From Octopus vulgaris (lineage: Eukaryota): 64,000 nucleotides of DNA. The notes beneath the pieces were generated by a model. That model searched no databases and was not told where the DNA came from. It was given only the letters and a program-made list of their open reading frames with translations. The stretch is from positions 24,986,001-25,050,000 of the forward strand of contig OX597839.1 of NCBI GenBank assembly GCA_951406725.2, read 5' to 3'. The position numbers and the translations under genes are program-made. This document shows positions 49,618 through 63,579 of the stretch, piece after piece (the first letter of the stretch is position 1; each line of letters begins with the position of its first letter).

Positions 49618-51569
49618 CCTTTCTACTGAAGGCACAAGGCCTGAAATTTGTGGGGAGGGGACTAGCTGATTACATCGACCCTAGTACTCAACTGGTACTT
49701 AATTTGTCAACCTTGAAAGGATGAACGGCAATGTCGACCTCAGTGGAATTTGAACTCGGAATGTAACAACAGACAAAATACTGCTAAGCATTTTGCCTGG
49801 TGTCCTAATGATTCTACCAGCTCACCACTCTATTAAGAATATAATAATAATAATAATAATAATAATATTAACTTGTTTTCTAAAGTAAGAAAATGGTGAT
49901 TTTTTTTTTGTTTATTCCCTAAGATATGTGTTAATGGAATGAGTGTTTAGAAAGCCAAGGAATTGGATTGCAGTGCAAAGAAGAAAAGCGTTAAAATTCT
50001 TGCAGGAAATGCAAAAGTAACAAAACATGCCTTGTGTCTTTGATTCAACAAAGCTGTATCGATGATATTCTGTTGAAAAACAAACTGCAACAAAAATGGG
50101 AAAGCGAAAATAAAATAGCAAGAATAATCAAAGGAAGAGAAAATAAAATGAAAAGTGAAATTATAAAATAAAATGCGAAGAAGACATTTTTGTGAAATTC
50201 TGCCGAATCAAAGAGGAGATGTATTTATTTTGGAAGGAAATGAATCAGAATTTCAGAAAAGTTGTCTGTTAGAGAAAAAAAAAATTGGAAGAGATATTTG
50301 GTAAAGTGAATATTGATACAAATTATGGAGAAAAATAAAGAAAATTTGTGAAATATTAATGATGTTTCAAGGAAACAACAGATAACGTTTAAAAATAACA
50401 ACGGAAATAACATACAGGAAATATAAGAGAAAAATAAAATAAAATAAATCGATGAAACAATATAAGTAAAAATAGAAGAGTTGAAAAAGATGGTTTTGGG
50501 GGGAAAATATGACAAGCAACTGAATAAGCTCAAGAAATTCGGTTTTGTTCCTTGGTTTTGTTTTTTTGTTTTTGTTTGTTTTTTTGTCTTTTGTTTTGAT
50601 TTATGCGATTCGTTATTTTTGTTTTAATAACTGCTGCTTGAATTACAGCATTAAATAAACAACATATTTATCAAGTATATGAGGTGTGTGTGTGTGTGCG
50701 TGTGTGTGTGCGTGTGTGTGTGCGTGTCATTTTAATGAAAAATCACTCTGACAAATGGCAATTCACTTCTGCTTCTCATCAACACAACTGAATTTTTCTT
50801 TTTCTCCTTCCTCTCCTCCTCCTTGCTCTTCTATGTTCTTTTTCAGTTTCTTCTTTCTTCTCCTTCCTCTCCTCCTTCTTGCTCTTCTATGTTCCTTTTC
50901 AGTTTCTTCTCCTCCTTCTCTTCTTTTGCATCTCTTTCTTCTCCTCCTCCTCCACGTCTTTCTTCTTCCCCCTCCTCCTCCTCCACGTCTTTCTTCCCCT
51001 CCTCCTCTCCTCTCCTCCTTGCTCTTCTCTGTTCCTTTTCACTTTCTTTTTCTTCTCTTCTTCTGAACTCTTTCTTCTCCACGTCTTTCTTCTTCCCCTC
51101 CTCCTCTCCTCTTCCTCCATGTCTTTCTTCCTTCTTCCTCCTTCTCCCCCTCGTCCTTGTCCTCCTACATTTAACGTCCATGTTCAACACTGGCATGGGT
51201 CGGAGGGTTTCGCATGTTCCAACAAGTCCTCTTCTCCCTCCCCCCCAATCTCCACTTCAGTATGGTTTCTATGGCAGCTCATGCCCTTTCTAATGCCAAC
51301 TACTCAACAGAGAGAGACGCGTGTGCTGTTTTTTTTTGTTGTGACATCAGCACCAAAGAGGTCACTTGTGCATCTTGCAAGACTACCCCCCCCCCCTGAC
51401 TGAGAAGAACAACAAAAGAGAGGGAGGCAGGCTTATTTGACGACGAAGGGCTTCAAATACGAGAGAGAAGGAACCGGAATTACTATTTTCTCAATGATAT
51501 ATTTCTAAATCCTGAGATTTTAGATATCTAGTATTCTGTATGTTCTTTCCTGAAGTACCAAATATTATA

Positions 51570-52295
51570 GGGAGCACAATGGCTAGAGTGTCAGGCTCAC
51601 AACCATGAGACAGTGAGTTCGATTCCCAGACTGGACTGTGTGTTGTGTTCTTGAGCAAGACACTTTACATCATGTTGCTCCAGTTTACTCACTTGTAGAA
51701 ATGAGTTGTGATGTCACTGGTCCCAAGCTGTATCGGCCCCTTTGCCTTTCCCTTGGATAACATCAGTGGTGAGGAGAGGGAGAGGCTGGTATGCATGATC
51801 GACTGCTGATCTTCCATAAACCACCTTGCCTGGACTTGTGCCTCGGAGGGTTAATTTCCTGGTGCAATCCCATGATCATTCATGACCTAAGGGGGTCTTT
51901 ACCCTTATACTATCTTTGTAGTGAGTGCATGTGTGTGTGTATATGTGAAGGTGCATTGGCTCAGTGGTTAGAATGTCAGGCTCACAATCACAAGGTAGTG
52001 AGTTCAATTCCCGGACCAGGCTGTGAGTTGTGTTCTTGAGCAAGGCACTTTATTTCACGTTGCTCCAGTTCACTCACCTGTAGAAATGAGTTGTGATGTC
52101 ACTGGTTTCAAGCTGTATCTGCCCCTTTGCTTTTCCCTTGGATAACATCAGTGGTATGAAGAGGTGGGAGGCTGGTATGCATGGGTGAACTGCTGGTCTT
52201 CCATAAACCACCTTGCCTGGACTTGTGCCTCAGAGGGGAACTTTCTAGGTGCAATCCCATGGTCATTCTTAACTGAAGGGGATCCTTACCCTTTA
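51570..52295 (+). mobile_element. Two SINE family E copies
   Basis: Homologous to 46258-46597. Confidence 0.8.
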
Positions 52296-52514
52296 TTTTT
52301 CTTCTGGCCATACATTCTGATTATGTATATCTTTTATTATCTGCTATCTTTTACTTGTTTCAGTCATTAGACTGTGGCCATACTGGGGTACCACCTTAAA
52401 TTTTTAGTTGAATGAATTGATCTCAGCACATTAAAATTTTTTTGAAGCCTGGTGCTTATCCTATTGGTCTCTTTTTCTATCTATCTGTCTATATATGTAT
52501 ACACACACACACAC

Positions 52515-53835
52515 ACAGAGGAAGTAAATAGACACCTGTAATTTTCAAAATCTTGTATTTAATATGCAAAGTGAACAATTGAAATATAATCGATAGGTAG
52601 GACTACATACTTTAATATTTGGAGGCGCAATGGCCCAGTGGTTAGGGCAGCGGACTCGCGGTCATAGGATCGCGGTTTCGATTCCCAGACTGGGCGTTGT
52701 AAGTGTTTATTGAGCGAAAACACCTAAAAGCTCCACGAGGCTCTGGCAGGGGATGGTGGTGATCCCTGCTGTACTCTTTCACCACAACTTTCTCTCATTC
52801 TTACTTCCTGTTTCTGTTGTACCTGTATTTCAAAGGGCCGGCCTTGTCACTCTCTGTGTCACGCTGAATATCCCCGAGAACTACGTTAAGGGTGCACGTG
52901 TCTGTGGAGTGCTCAGCCACTTACGCGTTAATTTCACGAGCAGGCTGTTCCGTTGATTCGGATCAACCGGAACCCTCATCTTCGTAACCGACGGAGTGCT
53001 TCCCACTTTAATATTTAGTTGACATTCCATTTGCAGTTTTTAATTCAGAAACTCTTTTTGGCATTGAACTGATGAGCTTTGTGATTGTCTCTTGTGGGAC
53101 TTTTGACCACTTTTCACACAACAATCGAAACAATTCATCTTTAGATTTAGGTTTCTGTTGAGTTTTTCCTATAGCTCTATCTAGTATGCTCCAAAGATTT
53201 TCAATTGGGTTCATGTCAGGAGATTGACTCAGCCAAGGAAGCTTTTTTATCCCATTTTCAAATCAAATTCTTGATTGGGAAGCCTCCAGACCCAAACACA
53301 TCCACTGTTTTGAAAATAATACAAATCTGGATTCATCTGAGAAAATCATTCTATTCCAAATTGAACAAAATTTTTCTGACATATCTTTAGTCCATTTCTT
53401 TCTTTTCATGATATTAATTGGTTGAAGGAGAGGTTTTCTCCTAGCTGATCGTCCATAATATCCAAGCTTATGCAGATATGTAACACACATTCTTGGACTA
53501 ACTTCTAGCTGTTTTGCAATGTCAGAAGCCTTCGAATGGCGTTCGTTTTCCACAATTTTCTTCAAACATTGAAGCTTCCTTTCTGAGGGCCCAGGCTGCT
53601 CGGGACAAGAATCTGTTGATTCTTTTCCTTGGCTTTCGAATTGCACCATAATTCTATTAACAGTAGCAGGAGGATTTTGAAGATTTTCAGCTATTTTTTG
53701 CTGGCTAAGACCAGCTCAGATTGCCCCAAAATACGACCTCTTTGAAAATCTGACAGTTCTGCTGAAATTTTTGTGCATGGCAAGGTTACTCTTTTGAAAA
53801 TTAAAGGTGTCTACTTACTTCTTGCATGTCTGTGT
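52515..53835 (-). mobile_element. Tc1-family transposon relic with both TIRs, internally deleted, SINE-interrupted
   Basis: TIR gaagtaa(a/g)tagacacct..aattttcaaaa at both ends; RKPLL, WNRMIFSDESRF, SPDMNPIENLW, SMPKRV..ANGMSTKY*. Confidence 0.9.
52621..53004 (+). mobile_element. SINE family B
   Basis: TSD actttaatattt (52609-52620 / 53005-53016) at the Tc1 stop codon. Confidence 0.92.
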
Positions 53836-54587
53836 ATATATGTGTTTGTGTGTGTGTGTATGCATATACATACATATATATAAATGTATGTATATGTATA
53901 ATTATAAATATATACATATATATATATGTGTGTGTTTGTATGCGTGTATACATATGTCTATCTATCTATCCATCTTTCTGTATCACTGTATATACATACA
54001 CACACATTTATGTACACACATATGTACACACGTTCATATATACATGCATGCATACATACATGCATATATGCATACACTCCCACCCACATAGATATATGTA
54101 TGTGTTGGAGGTGGGAGCCAGAATGCCTGAGGGGAACTCGTCCAATTCTTCCCCCCATCCCCAGAAACCATAATCAATAAAGAAATGCTAAGCTGTTTAG
54201 GAGAGTTTTAGAACTAACAACTTGTTGGGATTAGGGTCTTAGAGTTTGGTACGGGCGGCAGTAGTAGTAGCGGTAGTGGTGATAGTGGTGGTGTTTGTGT
54301 TGGTGGTAGTGGTGGTGGTGGCGTAGGTAGGAAGGAGGAGGAAATAGCAGTAGTGGTGGTAGAAGGCTGTTGTTGTTGTTGTTGTTGTTGGTGTGGTGGT
54401 CATATTTTACCAACTTTACTTCCTTCTATTAAATATCATCCTAGTCTACGTCTATGAACAGAGCCTGTATCGGTCAAGACTGACCACATATCTACATATA
54501 TACATATATGAGTAGGAGGCCCGAGCAAGACGTCTTCTCGTGCAAAACACTGCCAGCTGCCCATCAACACAAGTCTCCTCCCTCCCG

Positions 54588-54678
54588 CTCTTTCTCTCTC
54601 TCCTCTCTCTCTTTCTCTCTCTCTTTTTCTCTCTCTCTTTCTCTCTCTCTCTCCCTCTCTCTTTCTCTCTCTCTCTCC

Positions 54679-54733
<55 letters not shown>

Positions 54734-54757
54734 CCTCTCTCTCTCTCTCTCCCTCTC

Positions 54758-54790
<33 letters not shown>

Positions 54791-54828
54791 TTCTCTCTCC
54801 CTCCCTCTCTCTCTCTCTCTCTCTCTCC

Positions 54829-54877
<49 letters not shown>

Positions 54878-54900
54878 CCTCTCCCCCTCTCTCTCTCTTC
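54588..54900. repeat. (CT)n polypyrimidine tract
   Basis: Directly visible. Confidence 0.95.
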
Positions 54901-55405
54901 CACCGTTGTTTGTCCAAGGGAGAGGTCTTGGAACGGTACAGCCTGGTGCCACTCTCATCACAGATATTGCATTTAGAACCCAAAACACTGGAGCCACATC
55001 TGCCGTTTCACTGTCTTTGGTTAGTCGTTTAATCTCTAATTTGTTTCAGTTATTAGACTTGCAGCCATGCTGGAGCAGCACCCCAAGGAATTTTTGTCAA
55101 ACCAATCAATCCCTTGTTTTGTTTTTAAACCTGATACTTGTTTTATTGGTCTCTTTTGGCAAACTGCTAAGTTACAAAAGTGCAAACAAACTAACACTGA
55201 TTGTCAAGCAGTAGTGGGGAACAAACAAACACACACACACACACACACACATGCATATATATATGATGGGCTTCTTTCAGTTTCCGTCTACCAAATACCC
55301 TCACAAGGCTTTCGTTGTCCCGAGGCTACAGTGGAAGAAACTTGCCCAAGGTGCCACGCAGTGGGACTGAACCCAGAACCATGTGGTCGGGAAGTAAGCT
55401 TCTTA

Positions 55406-55835
55406 TTTCTTTACTGCCCACAAGGGGCTACACACAGAGGGGACAAACAAGGGACAAACAAGGACAGACAAACAGATTAAATCGATTATATCGATCCCAG
55501 TGCGTAACTGGTACTTATTTAATCGACCCCGAAAGGATGAAAGGCAAAGTTGACCTTGGCGGAATTTGAACTCAGAACGTATCGACAGACGAAATACCTA
55601 TTTCTCTATTACCCACAAGGGGCTAAACATAGAGGGGACAAACAAGGACAGACATAGGTATTAAGTCGATTACATTGACCCCAGTGTGGAACTGGTACTT
55701 AATTTATCGACCCTGAAAGGATGAAAGGCAAAGTCAACCTCGGCGGAATTTGAACTCAGAATGTATCGACAGACGAAATACCGCTGAGCATTTCGCCCGG
55801 TGCGCTAATGTTTCTGCCAGCTCGCGGCTTTTATT
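55406..55835 (-). mobile_element. SINE family C dimer inserted in a SINE A
   Basis: One TSD agtaagcttctta (55393-55405 / 55836-55848); junction at ~55598. Confidence 0.88.
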
Positions 55836-56086
55836 AGTAAGCTTCTTACCACACAGCCACGCCTGCCCCTATACAACCATTCCTGTGTAAATTGACAACA
55901 TGTCTTAATGTTTTTCTCATTTCAATGTTAAAACGTTTATACAATCCATTTTTAGAGTAAAATTCATAAATAATCCTCCATGTCAAGTTAGTTTATTCAT
56001 GGTACCTCCACTCACCACTCACACACCAGAAGAGTTGGGGCTACAAGTCTACAAGGTTAGGAATCACTGCTCTGCCGTTTTATATA

Positions 56087-56318
56087 TATTTCTTTACTGC
56101 CCACAAGGGGCTAAACACAGAGGGGACAAACAAGGACAGACAAACAGATTAAATCGATTATATTGATCCCAGTGTGTAACTGGTACTTATTTAATCGACC
56201 CCGAAAGGATGAAAGGCAAAGTTGACCTCGGCGGAATTTGAACTCAGAACGTAACGGCAGACGAAATACGGCTACGCATTTCGCCCGGCGTGCTAACATT
56301 TCTGCCAGCTCACCGCCT
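56087..56318 (-). mobile_element. SINE family C monomer
   Basis: Full head-to-tail match. Confidence 0.88.
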
Positions 56319-56354
56319 TTTATATAGTTTAACTAACACAAAGGAATAAGGGAT

Positions 56355-56755
56355 AAGCAAAATAGGAGTCTTGAGAGATGTTTCCATAAACCTAGTTTCT
56401 AAACGTTAAATGGCTAGGGGTGGGTCCACCAGGATAAAATAGTAATGAAAGGATCCTTAGGTAAAAAATGGTTGAGAGCCACTGTTTTGGATGTATTTAT
56501 TGCAAGAAAGAGCCAGGTTTCTTTCTCTAATTCTTTACATTGTTTGACATATTTCTAACCACTGAAGCATGTCCTCCCAGAGAATTCCATTGCAAACCCA
56601 CGCAAGTGAATGAGAGGAGAGCAAAATAGGAATTTTGAAAGAAGTTTCTATAAAACTAGTTTTTAAACATCAAATGGCAAGGGGTGGGTCCACCAGAATG
56701 AAATAGTAGTCAAAAGGGCCCCTAGATAAGAAAAAAAATGGTTGGGAACCACTGG
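56355..56755. mobile_element. Two diverged hAT(Charlie)-like MITE ends
   Basis: Both end aaaaaatggttg(a/g)ga(g/a)ccactg and share ~130 bp upstream. Confidence 0.55.
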
Positions 56756-57187
56756 TACAGGAATATGATTCCTTGTTATTTATCCAGTTGGTTCTAAGAT
56801 ACCAAAATAGTAATTCTTCAATCAATGACACCAATCACAAACATATTTTATGCTTTAAACAACAATTTTATTAACACCAAAAATAAATCCATCTCAGTTT
56901 TAATTCCTCTCTTCAACAAAAACACATCTTTCCCGCCATCTTCACCACCTTCACCTATTTCTGTGTTGTTAGCATTACATCATGAACCATTTTCCCAGAA
57001 CATTCTACCAATAACGGTGTTGCTGTTGTACATAATCTAACCCCTCCAGGTAATTCCTTCAACATTATTCTATATATATATATATTGCTTTTTGGGTTTT
57101 AAAAAATTTTTCTGTTAATTTTTTTTTTGTAACTTCCTAATTAGAAAAATTTCAAATTTACAAATCACATAGCATTTTCCCCTACTC

Positions 57188-57258
<71 letters not shown>

Positions 57259-58061
57259 CCTCCTTCCCTCTCTCACTCCCTCTCGCATTCTTGGTCACTT
57301 TCTGTGTCTATGCATGTGCTTAAGAGTATGTGTGTATGTATGATTGTTTGCATGTATATATGTATGCATATGTATGCATGTATATATATATATGTATGTA
57401 TGAATGTATACATGCATGCATGTATGTATGTACATATGTACATATGAATGTATACGTGCATGTATGTATGTACATATGTATGCATGTATGTAAGTACATA
57501 TGTATGTATGAATGTATACATGCATGTACATATGTACATATGAATGTATACGTGCATGTATGTATGCATGCATGTATGTATGTACATATGAATATGTGGA
57601 TGTATGTATGTACATATGTATCTGCATGTATGTATATGTGCATGTATGTGTGTATGTGCATATGGATGTGTGAAATTTGTGTATATGCCTGTGTGTCTGT
57701 ATGCGTGTATGTATGTTCTCATATTCTTTTTAATGAAGAATGCATTCTAACCTGCCACCAACTTAATAGCAAAGTTGTGAAGGAAAGCATCTCGTTTCAA
57801 CCATCTTCCTCTAAATCTTGAGAAAGTCTTGCAGATTTTAATTGTTCCAGATACCGTGATCATTTATGTGCATGTATGTAATTGTGCATGTATGTGAGTT
57901 CAAATTCAGCCAAGGTTGACTTTGCCTTTCATCTTTTTCGGGGGTCAATGAAATAAATACCAGTTATGCACTGGAGTCAATGTAATCGTCTATCCCACTC
58001 ACCCAAATTTCAGGCCTTGTTCCTATAGTTGAAAGGATTATTATTATTATTATTATTCCTT

Positions 58062-58450
58062 CGTGGGTAAGTAGCCTGTCTACCAACCACATGGTTCCGG
58101 GTTCAGTCCCACTGCGTGGCACCCTGGGCAAGTGTCTTCTACTATAGCCTCGGGCCGACGAAAGCCTTGTGAGTGGATTTGGTAGACGGAAACTGAAAGA
58201 AGCTCGTCGTATATATGTATATATATATATATGTATGCGTGTGTGTGTTTGTGTGTCTGTTTGTCCCTCTAGCATTGGTTGACAACCAATGCTGGTGTGT
58301 TTATGTCCCCGTTACTTAGCGGTTCGGCCAAAGAGACCGATAGAATAAGTACAGGGCTTACAAAAGAATAAGTTCCAGGGTCGAGTTGCTCGATTAAAGG
58401 CGGTGCTCCAGCATGGCCGCAGTCAAATGACTGAAACAGGTAAAAGAGTG
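58062..58450 (+). mobile_element. SINE family A (5'-clipped)
   Basis: Body and tail match. Confidence 0.88.
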
Positions 58451-60703
58451 TAAGTAATAATGCACCGGAGTCTTTAGTCATCTGTCAAGTCACAAGGACC
58501 TCAGACAGATGATACTTTCCTTAAGATGTGCACTGTGCCCAGTAAGGCAAAGTCAACTTTGGCTGAATTTGAACTCAGAACGTGAAGACAAATGAAATAC
58601 GGCTAAGCATTTTGTCCAGCATGCTAACAATTCTTTCAACTCACCACCTTAATAATTGATGATGGTGGTGGTGGTGGTTGTTGTTGTTGTTTCTACTATA
58701 AGTACAAGACCTGAAATTTTTTTTTAGGACCCCACTCTGGCACCAGTGCAAGTGGCACGTAAAAAGCACCCACTACACTCGTGGAGTGGTTGGCGTTAGG
58801 AAGGGCATCCAGCTGTAGAAACACTGCCAGATCAGACTGGAGCCTGGTGCAGTCCTGGCTTCCCAGACTCCGGTCGAACCGTCCAACCCGTACTAGCGCG
58901 GAAAACGGACATTAAACGATGATGATGATGGGGCTAGTTAATTACATCGACCCCAGTACTCAACTGGTACTTACCTTATCAGAACCTGAAAGGATGAAAG
59001 GCAAAGTTGTCCCCAGCAGAATTTGCATTCAGAAGGTAAAGACTGACGAAATGCTGGTAAGCATCTCGCCCTGCATGGTAACGAATTAGAAGAGCTATAA
59101 AAAGAGAAAACCTGCCCTTTAATTGACACAAGCATACCATGCGACTGTAGCTTCTCCTGGAAAGAGAGTTCCACTAGCTCATATAAACATCTGATGAATG
59201 AAATTTAGAAAAACGTGGCAGCTTAAGACCATTACAATACCTGTTTCTTTAGTACCCACAAGGGGCTAAACACAGAGGGGACAAACAAGGACAGACAAAC
59301 AGATTAAGTCGATTGTATCGACCCCAGTGCGTAACTGGTACTTAATTTACTGACCCCGAAAGGATGAAAGGCAAAGTCAACCTTGGCGGAATTTGAACTC
59401 AGAACGTAAAGACAGACGAAATACGACTACGCATTTCACCCGGTGTGCTAACGCTTCTGACCATTACAACACCAGTGATAATCAGTGCACACGAATACTG
59501 AAATAGAGAATGGAAAAAGATTTGGACCAGATTCCTGAAGAGCAATCCCTTGCAAAAGACAGAGAAAATAGTGCTCACTAGCACTGTACAGGTCTTGAGA
59601 GGAGCATTATCTATCACTTTAAATACATCACCAAAACTCTTACCTGATGCCTCTTATACCCAGTTTTCCTCTTAAATCATTTACACCCTGTCATGCGTGC
59701 ACACAGACATTACACATCCAGCAGAGCATGCTAGCTTCATCATCATCGTCATTTAATGTCTGTTGTCCATGCTGGCATGGGTTGGACAGTTTGTCCAGGG
59801 CTGGTAAGCTGCACCAGACTCCAGTCAGATTTGGCATGGTTTCTAAGGCTGGATGCCCTTCCTAACACCAACCACTCCAAGAGTGTAATGGGTGCTTTTA
59901 TGTGCCATTGGCACGGGGTGCCTATTTGCATGACATCAGTATCTGCCAAGACTATGATTTTGCTCAGCTTAATGGGTCTTCTTTTCAAGCACGACATAAT
60001 GCCATGGTGTCGGTCATTGTCTCCATGAGACCCAATGCTCAGCTTAATGGGTCTTCTCTAGCATGACATAATGCCAAAGGTCTTGATCATTATGTATATA
60101 TATATATCTCAGTGTGTGTGCATGTGTTTGTCCCCCACCACTACTTGACAATCACTGTTGATTGGCAAAACGGAATGGATAGAATCAGAGCCAGGCTTTA
60201 AAAAGAAAGTCCCGGCGTTGATTTAAAACAATGCCCCAGCATGACCACTGACTGATGACTAACACAAATAAAATATAAAACATTTGCGAAGGTATATACA
60301 TATATACATATACACACACACACACACATAATGCCATGGTGTCGGTCATTGCCTCCATGAGACCCAATGCTCAGCTTAATGGGTCTTCTTTAGCATGACA
60401 TAATCAACCCCAGGACTTAGTTAGCCTAGTACTTATTCTCTTGGTCTCTTTTGCTGATCTGCTAAGTTACAGGGATGTATACACACCAATATCAGTTGTC
60501 AAGTGATGGTGGTGGGAACAAACACACAGACATATATATATATGATGGGCTTCTTTCTGTTTCTGTCTACCAAATTCACTCACAAGGTTTTGGTCAGCCT
60601 GAGGCCATAGTAGGAGACACTAGCTCAAGGTGCCATGCAGTGGGACTGAACCCCAAACCATGTGGTTGATAAGCAAGCTACTTATCACACAGCCATACCT
60701 GCA

Positions 60704-60747
<44 letters not shown>

Positions 60748-60762
60748 TATTAGAGACAAAAC

Positions 60763-60794
<32 letters not shown>

Positions 60795-60795
<1 letters not shown>

Positions 60796-61203
60796 TCTTT
60801 ACTCTTTTACTTGTTTCAGTCATTTGACTGCGGCCATGCTGGAGCACCGCCTTTAGTCGAGCAAATCGACCCCGGGACTTATTCTTTGTAAGCCCAGTAC
60901 TTATTCTATCGGTCTCTTTTGCCGAACCGCTAAGTGACGGGGACGTAAACACACCAGCATCGGTTATCAAGCAATGCTAGGGGGACAAACACACACACAA
61001 ACACATACACACACACTTATATATATATATACATATATACGACTGGCTTCTTTCAGTTTCCGTGTACCAAATCCACTCACAAGGCATTGGTCGGCCCGGG
61101 GCTTTGCAGAAGACACTTGCCCAAGATGCCACGCAGAGGGACTGAACCCGGAACCATGTGGTTGATAAGCAAGCTACTTGTCACACAGCCATACCTGCAC
61201 CTA
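60795..61203 (-). mobile_element. SINE family A
   Basis: Full reverse-complement match. Confidence 0.9.
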
Positions 61204-61380
61204 TATATATATATATATACGGCAGGCTTCTTTCAGTTTCTGTCTGCCAAATCCACTCAGAAGGCTTTGGGCAGCCCAAGGTGTCACACAGTGGAACTGA
61301 ACCTGGAACCATGTGGTTGGGAAGCAAGGTTCTTACCACACATCTATGCCTGTACTTGTTATAATAATAATAATAATACT

Positions 61381-61731
61381 AATAATTCTAGGATGGGATT
61401 TATAAATATTCATGTTTCCACAAATCACATGATTTGACATCAGAGTCAGTACCCTGGGGATTAGTGCAGTATAGGCCATACTATCCCTGGGCATCTGGTT
61501 GATCATCATTGGTTCATCTCATCAGGCGATGTTGCATGAATGAATGAATGACAGAGGGATGTTTATCCCTTCTTGCCTGTATAAAGGCCAATCCGGCCCG
61601 AATGGCCAGCGATAGTACAGACTATACTGTACTAATCTCAAGGATACCTACTCTAATGTCAAAATCATGTGATTTGTGGAAACGTGCGTAGCGATGTATT
61701 AAATATTTATGAATTCCATCCTAGAATTATT
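61381..61731. mobile_element. MITE with ~95-110 bp imperfect TIRs
   Basis: aataattctaggatgg..tttccacaaatcacatgatttgacat..cagtatag is mirrored at 61622-61731. Confidence 0.75.
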
Positions 61732-61959
61732 GTTATTATTTATCCTACATTAAATTGGTATAACCATGATGCAACAAAACCAACATGCTAGTCGGTACCG
61801 TAAGACTGTAGCCGGCATAATGAAATAGGGGCTATATTTGCATACCCCTAACGATACCATGAACAAATGTAAAAGACATGTGTGTATATATATATATATA
61901 TATATATGTTATGGATAAATAGATAAACAAATAGACAGACAGACAGCTACATATATATG

Positions 61960-62018
<59 letters not shown>

Positions 62019-62306
62019 ACACACACACATTCATACACTTCGCAAGCTTCAAAGTATGTTCTTGTACACTAATGTTTGGCCATTTATGTTTCCCTTGAGA
62101 CTAATAAAAAAAACATTACTAAGCTATGATGATGATGATGATGATGACGACAACAACAACAATGATAATTTTTATTATTTACTGTAGTAGTAGTAGTAGT
62201 AGTAGTGGTAGTAGTAGTATTGTTAATTGATATTATTACTACAGTTGTTATTAATAGTGGTATTATAGTCATTATTATTATTATTGTTGTTATTATATTA
62301 TCATTA

Positions 62307-62343
<37 letters not shown>

Positions 62344-62835
62344 CATCATCATTATTTGTTGCATTCCTGTCCGTCCCACAAGATTAGATTTGCAAATCTT
62401 GCCTATTGGCAAATGATGATTATTGGTGATCAATAATTATCTTGAGGACCAGTGAGTGGGTGTGGGTGTGCGTGCGTGCGTTTGTATGTATGTGGGTGTT
62501 TGTGCTTAAAACTCTATGTTTGTGTGTGAATCTGTGTGTGTGTGTGTGCATGCGTGCATGTTTGAATGTCTGCATGCATGAATGTGTATGGGTGTGTGTA
62601 TGTGGGTGTCTGCATGTATGTATGTGTGTTTTTCTGTCTGTGTGTATGTGTGTGTATATCTGTGTGTATATGAATGTGTGGCTGTGTGGATGTTACACAT
62701 GTGAATGTGTGTGTGTATTGTTGTATTTGCCTTAGTATATATGTATACTTGTGTGTATATATGTATGTGTGTGCATGCACATTTGTATGTTTGCATATAT
62801 GTGAATGTACAGCCTGTGTATGTATGTGCGTATGA

Positions 62836-62869
<34 letters not shown>

Positions 62870-62870
62870 C

Positions 62871-62923
<53 letters not shown>

Positions 62924-62940
62924 CATATACATATATATAC

Positions 62941-62971
<31 letters not shown>

Positions 62972-62994
62972 CATATACATATATATACATATAC

Positions 62995-63048
<54 letters not shown>

Positions 63049-63099
63049 TTGAAAAAAATTAGTCAAGAAGAAGGGATATGACTGGACAAATATTGTTTA

Positions 63100-63205
63100 A
63101 TCACTACAATTGTTTCCACACAGCGTAGTTCTCCAATGACACAGGTGCTGAATTATGCAGCCCCTTCTGTGCATTATGAGATCTAATTGTGTTTCCTCAG
63201 GTGAT
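63100..63205 (-). ncRNA. Type I hammerhead ribozyme motif (canonical core, long stem II)
   Basis: atcac-CTGAGGA-[77 nt, closing acaca/tgtgt]-GAAA-caattg-TA-gtgat; palindromic ACAATTGT; 3' side runs into (TA)n at ~63045. Confidence 0.75.
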
Positions 63206-63579
63206 ATGTAAATATTCTCTCCGTAATAATAATAATCCTTTCTACTGTAGGCACAAGGCGTGAAATTTGAGGGAGTGGGATAGTCAGTTACATTGACCCT
63301 AGTGCATAACTGGTACTTATTTAATCAATCTCGAAATGATGAAAGGGATAGTCATCCTTGACGGAATTTGAACTCAGAACGTAGCAGCAGACAAAATACT
63401 GCTAACTATTTTGCATGGCATGATAACCATTCTGCCAGCTCGGCACCTTTAATAGTAATAATAATAATAATTATAATGATAATTCTTTCAAATTTTTGCC
63501 ACAAGGGCAGCTTGGGGAGGGGTTTAAGTCAATTACACTTATTTAATGAACCCCCAAAAGGATGTAAGGAAGTTAACCT

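Noticed and set aside
49432-49865. Near-identical ~170 bp repeat pair (also ~59995-60075 vs 60327-60404)
   Set aside because: Ordinary short local duplications of SINE fragments next to microsatellites.
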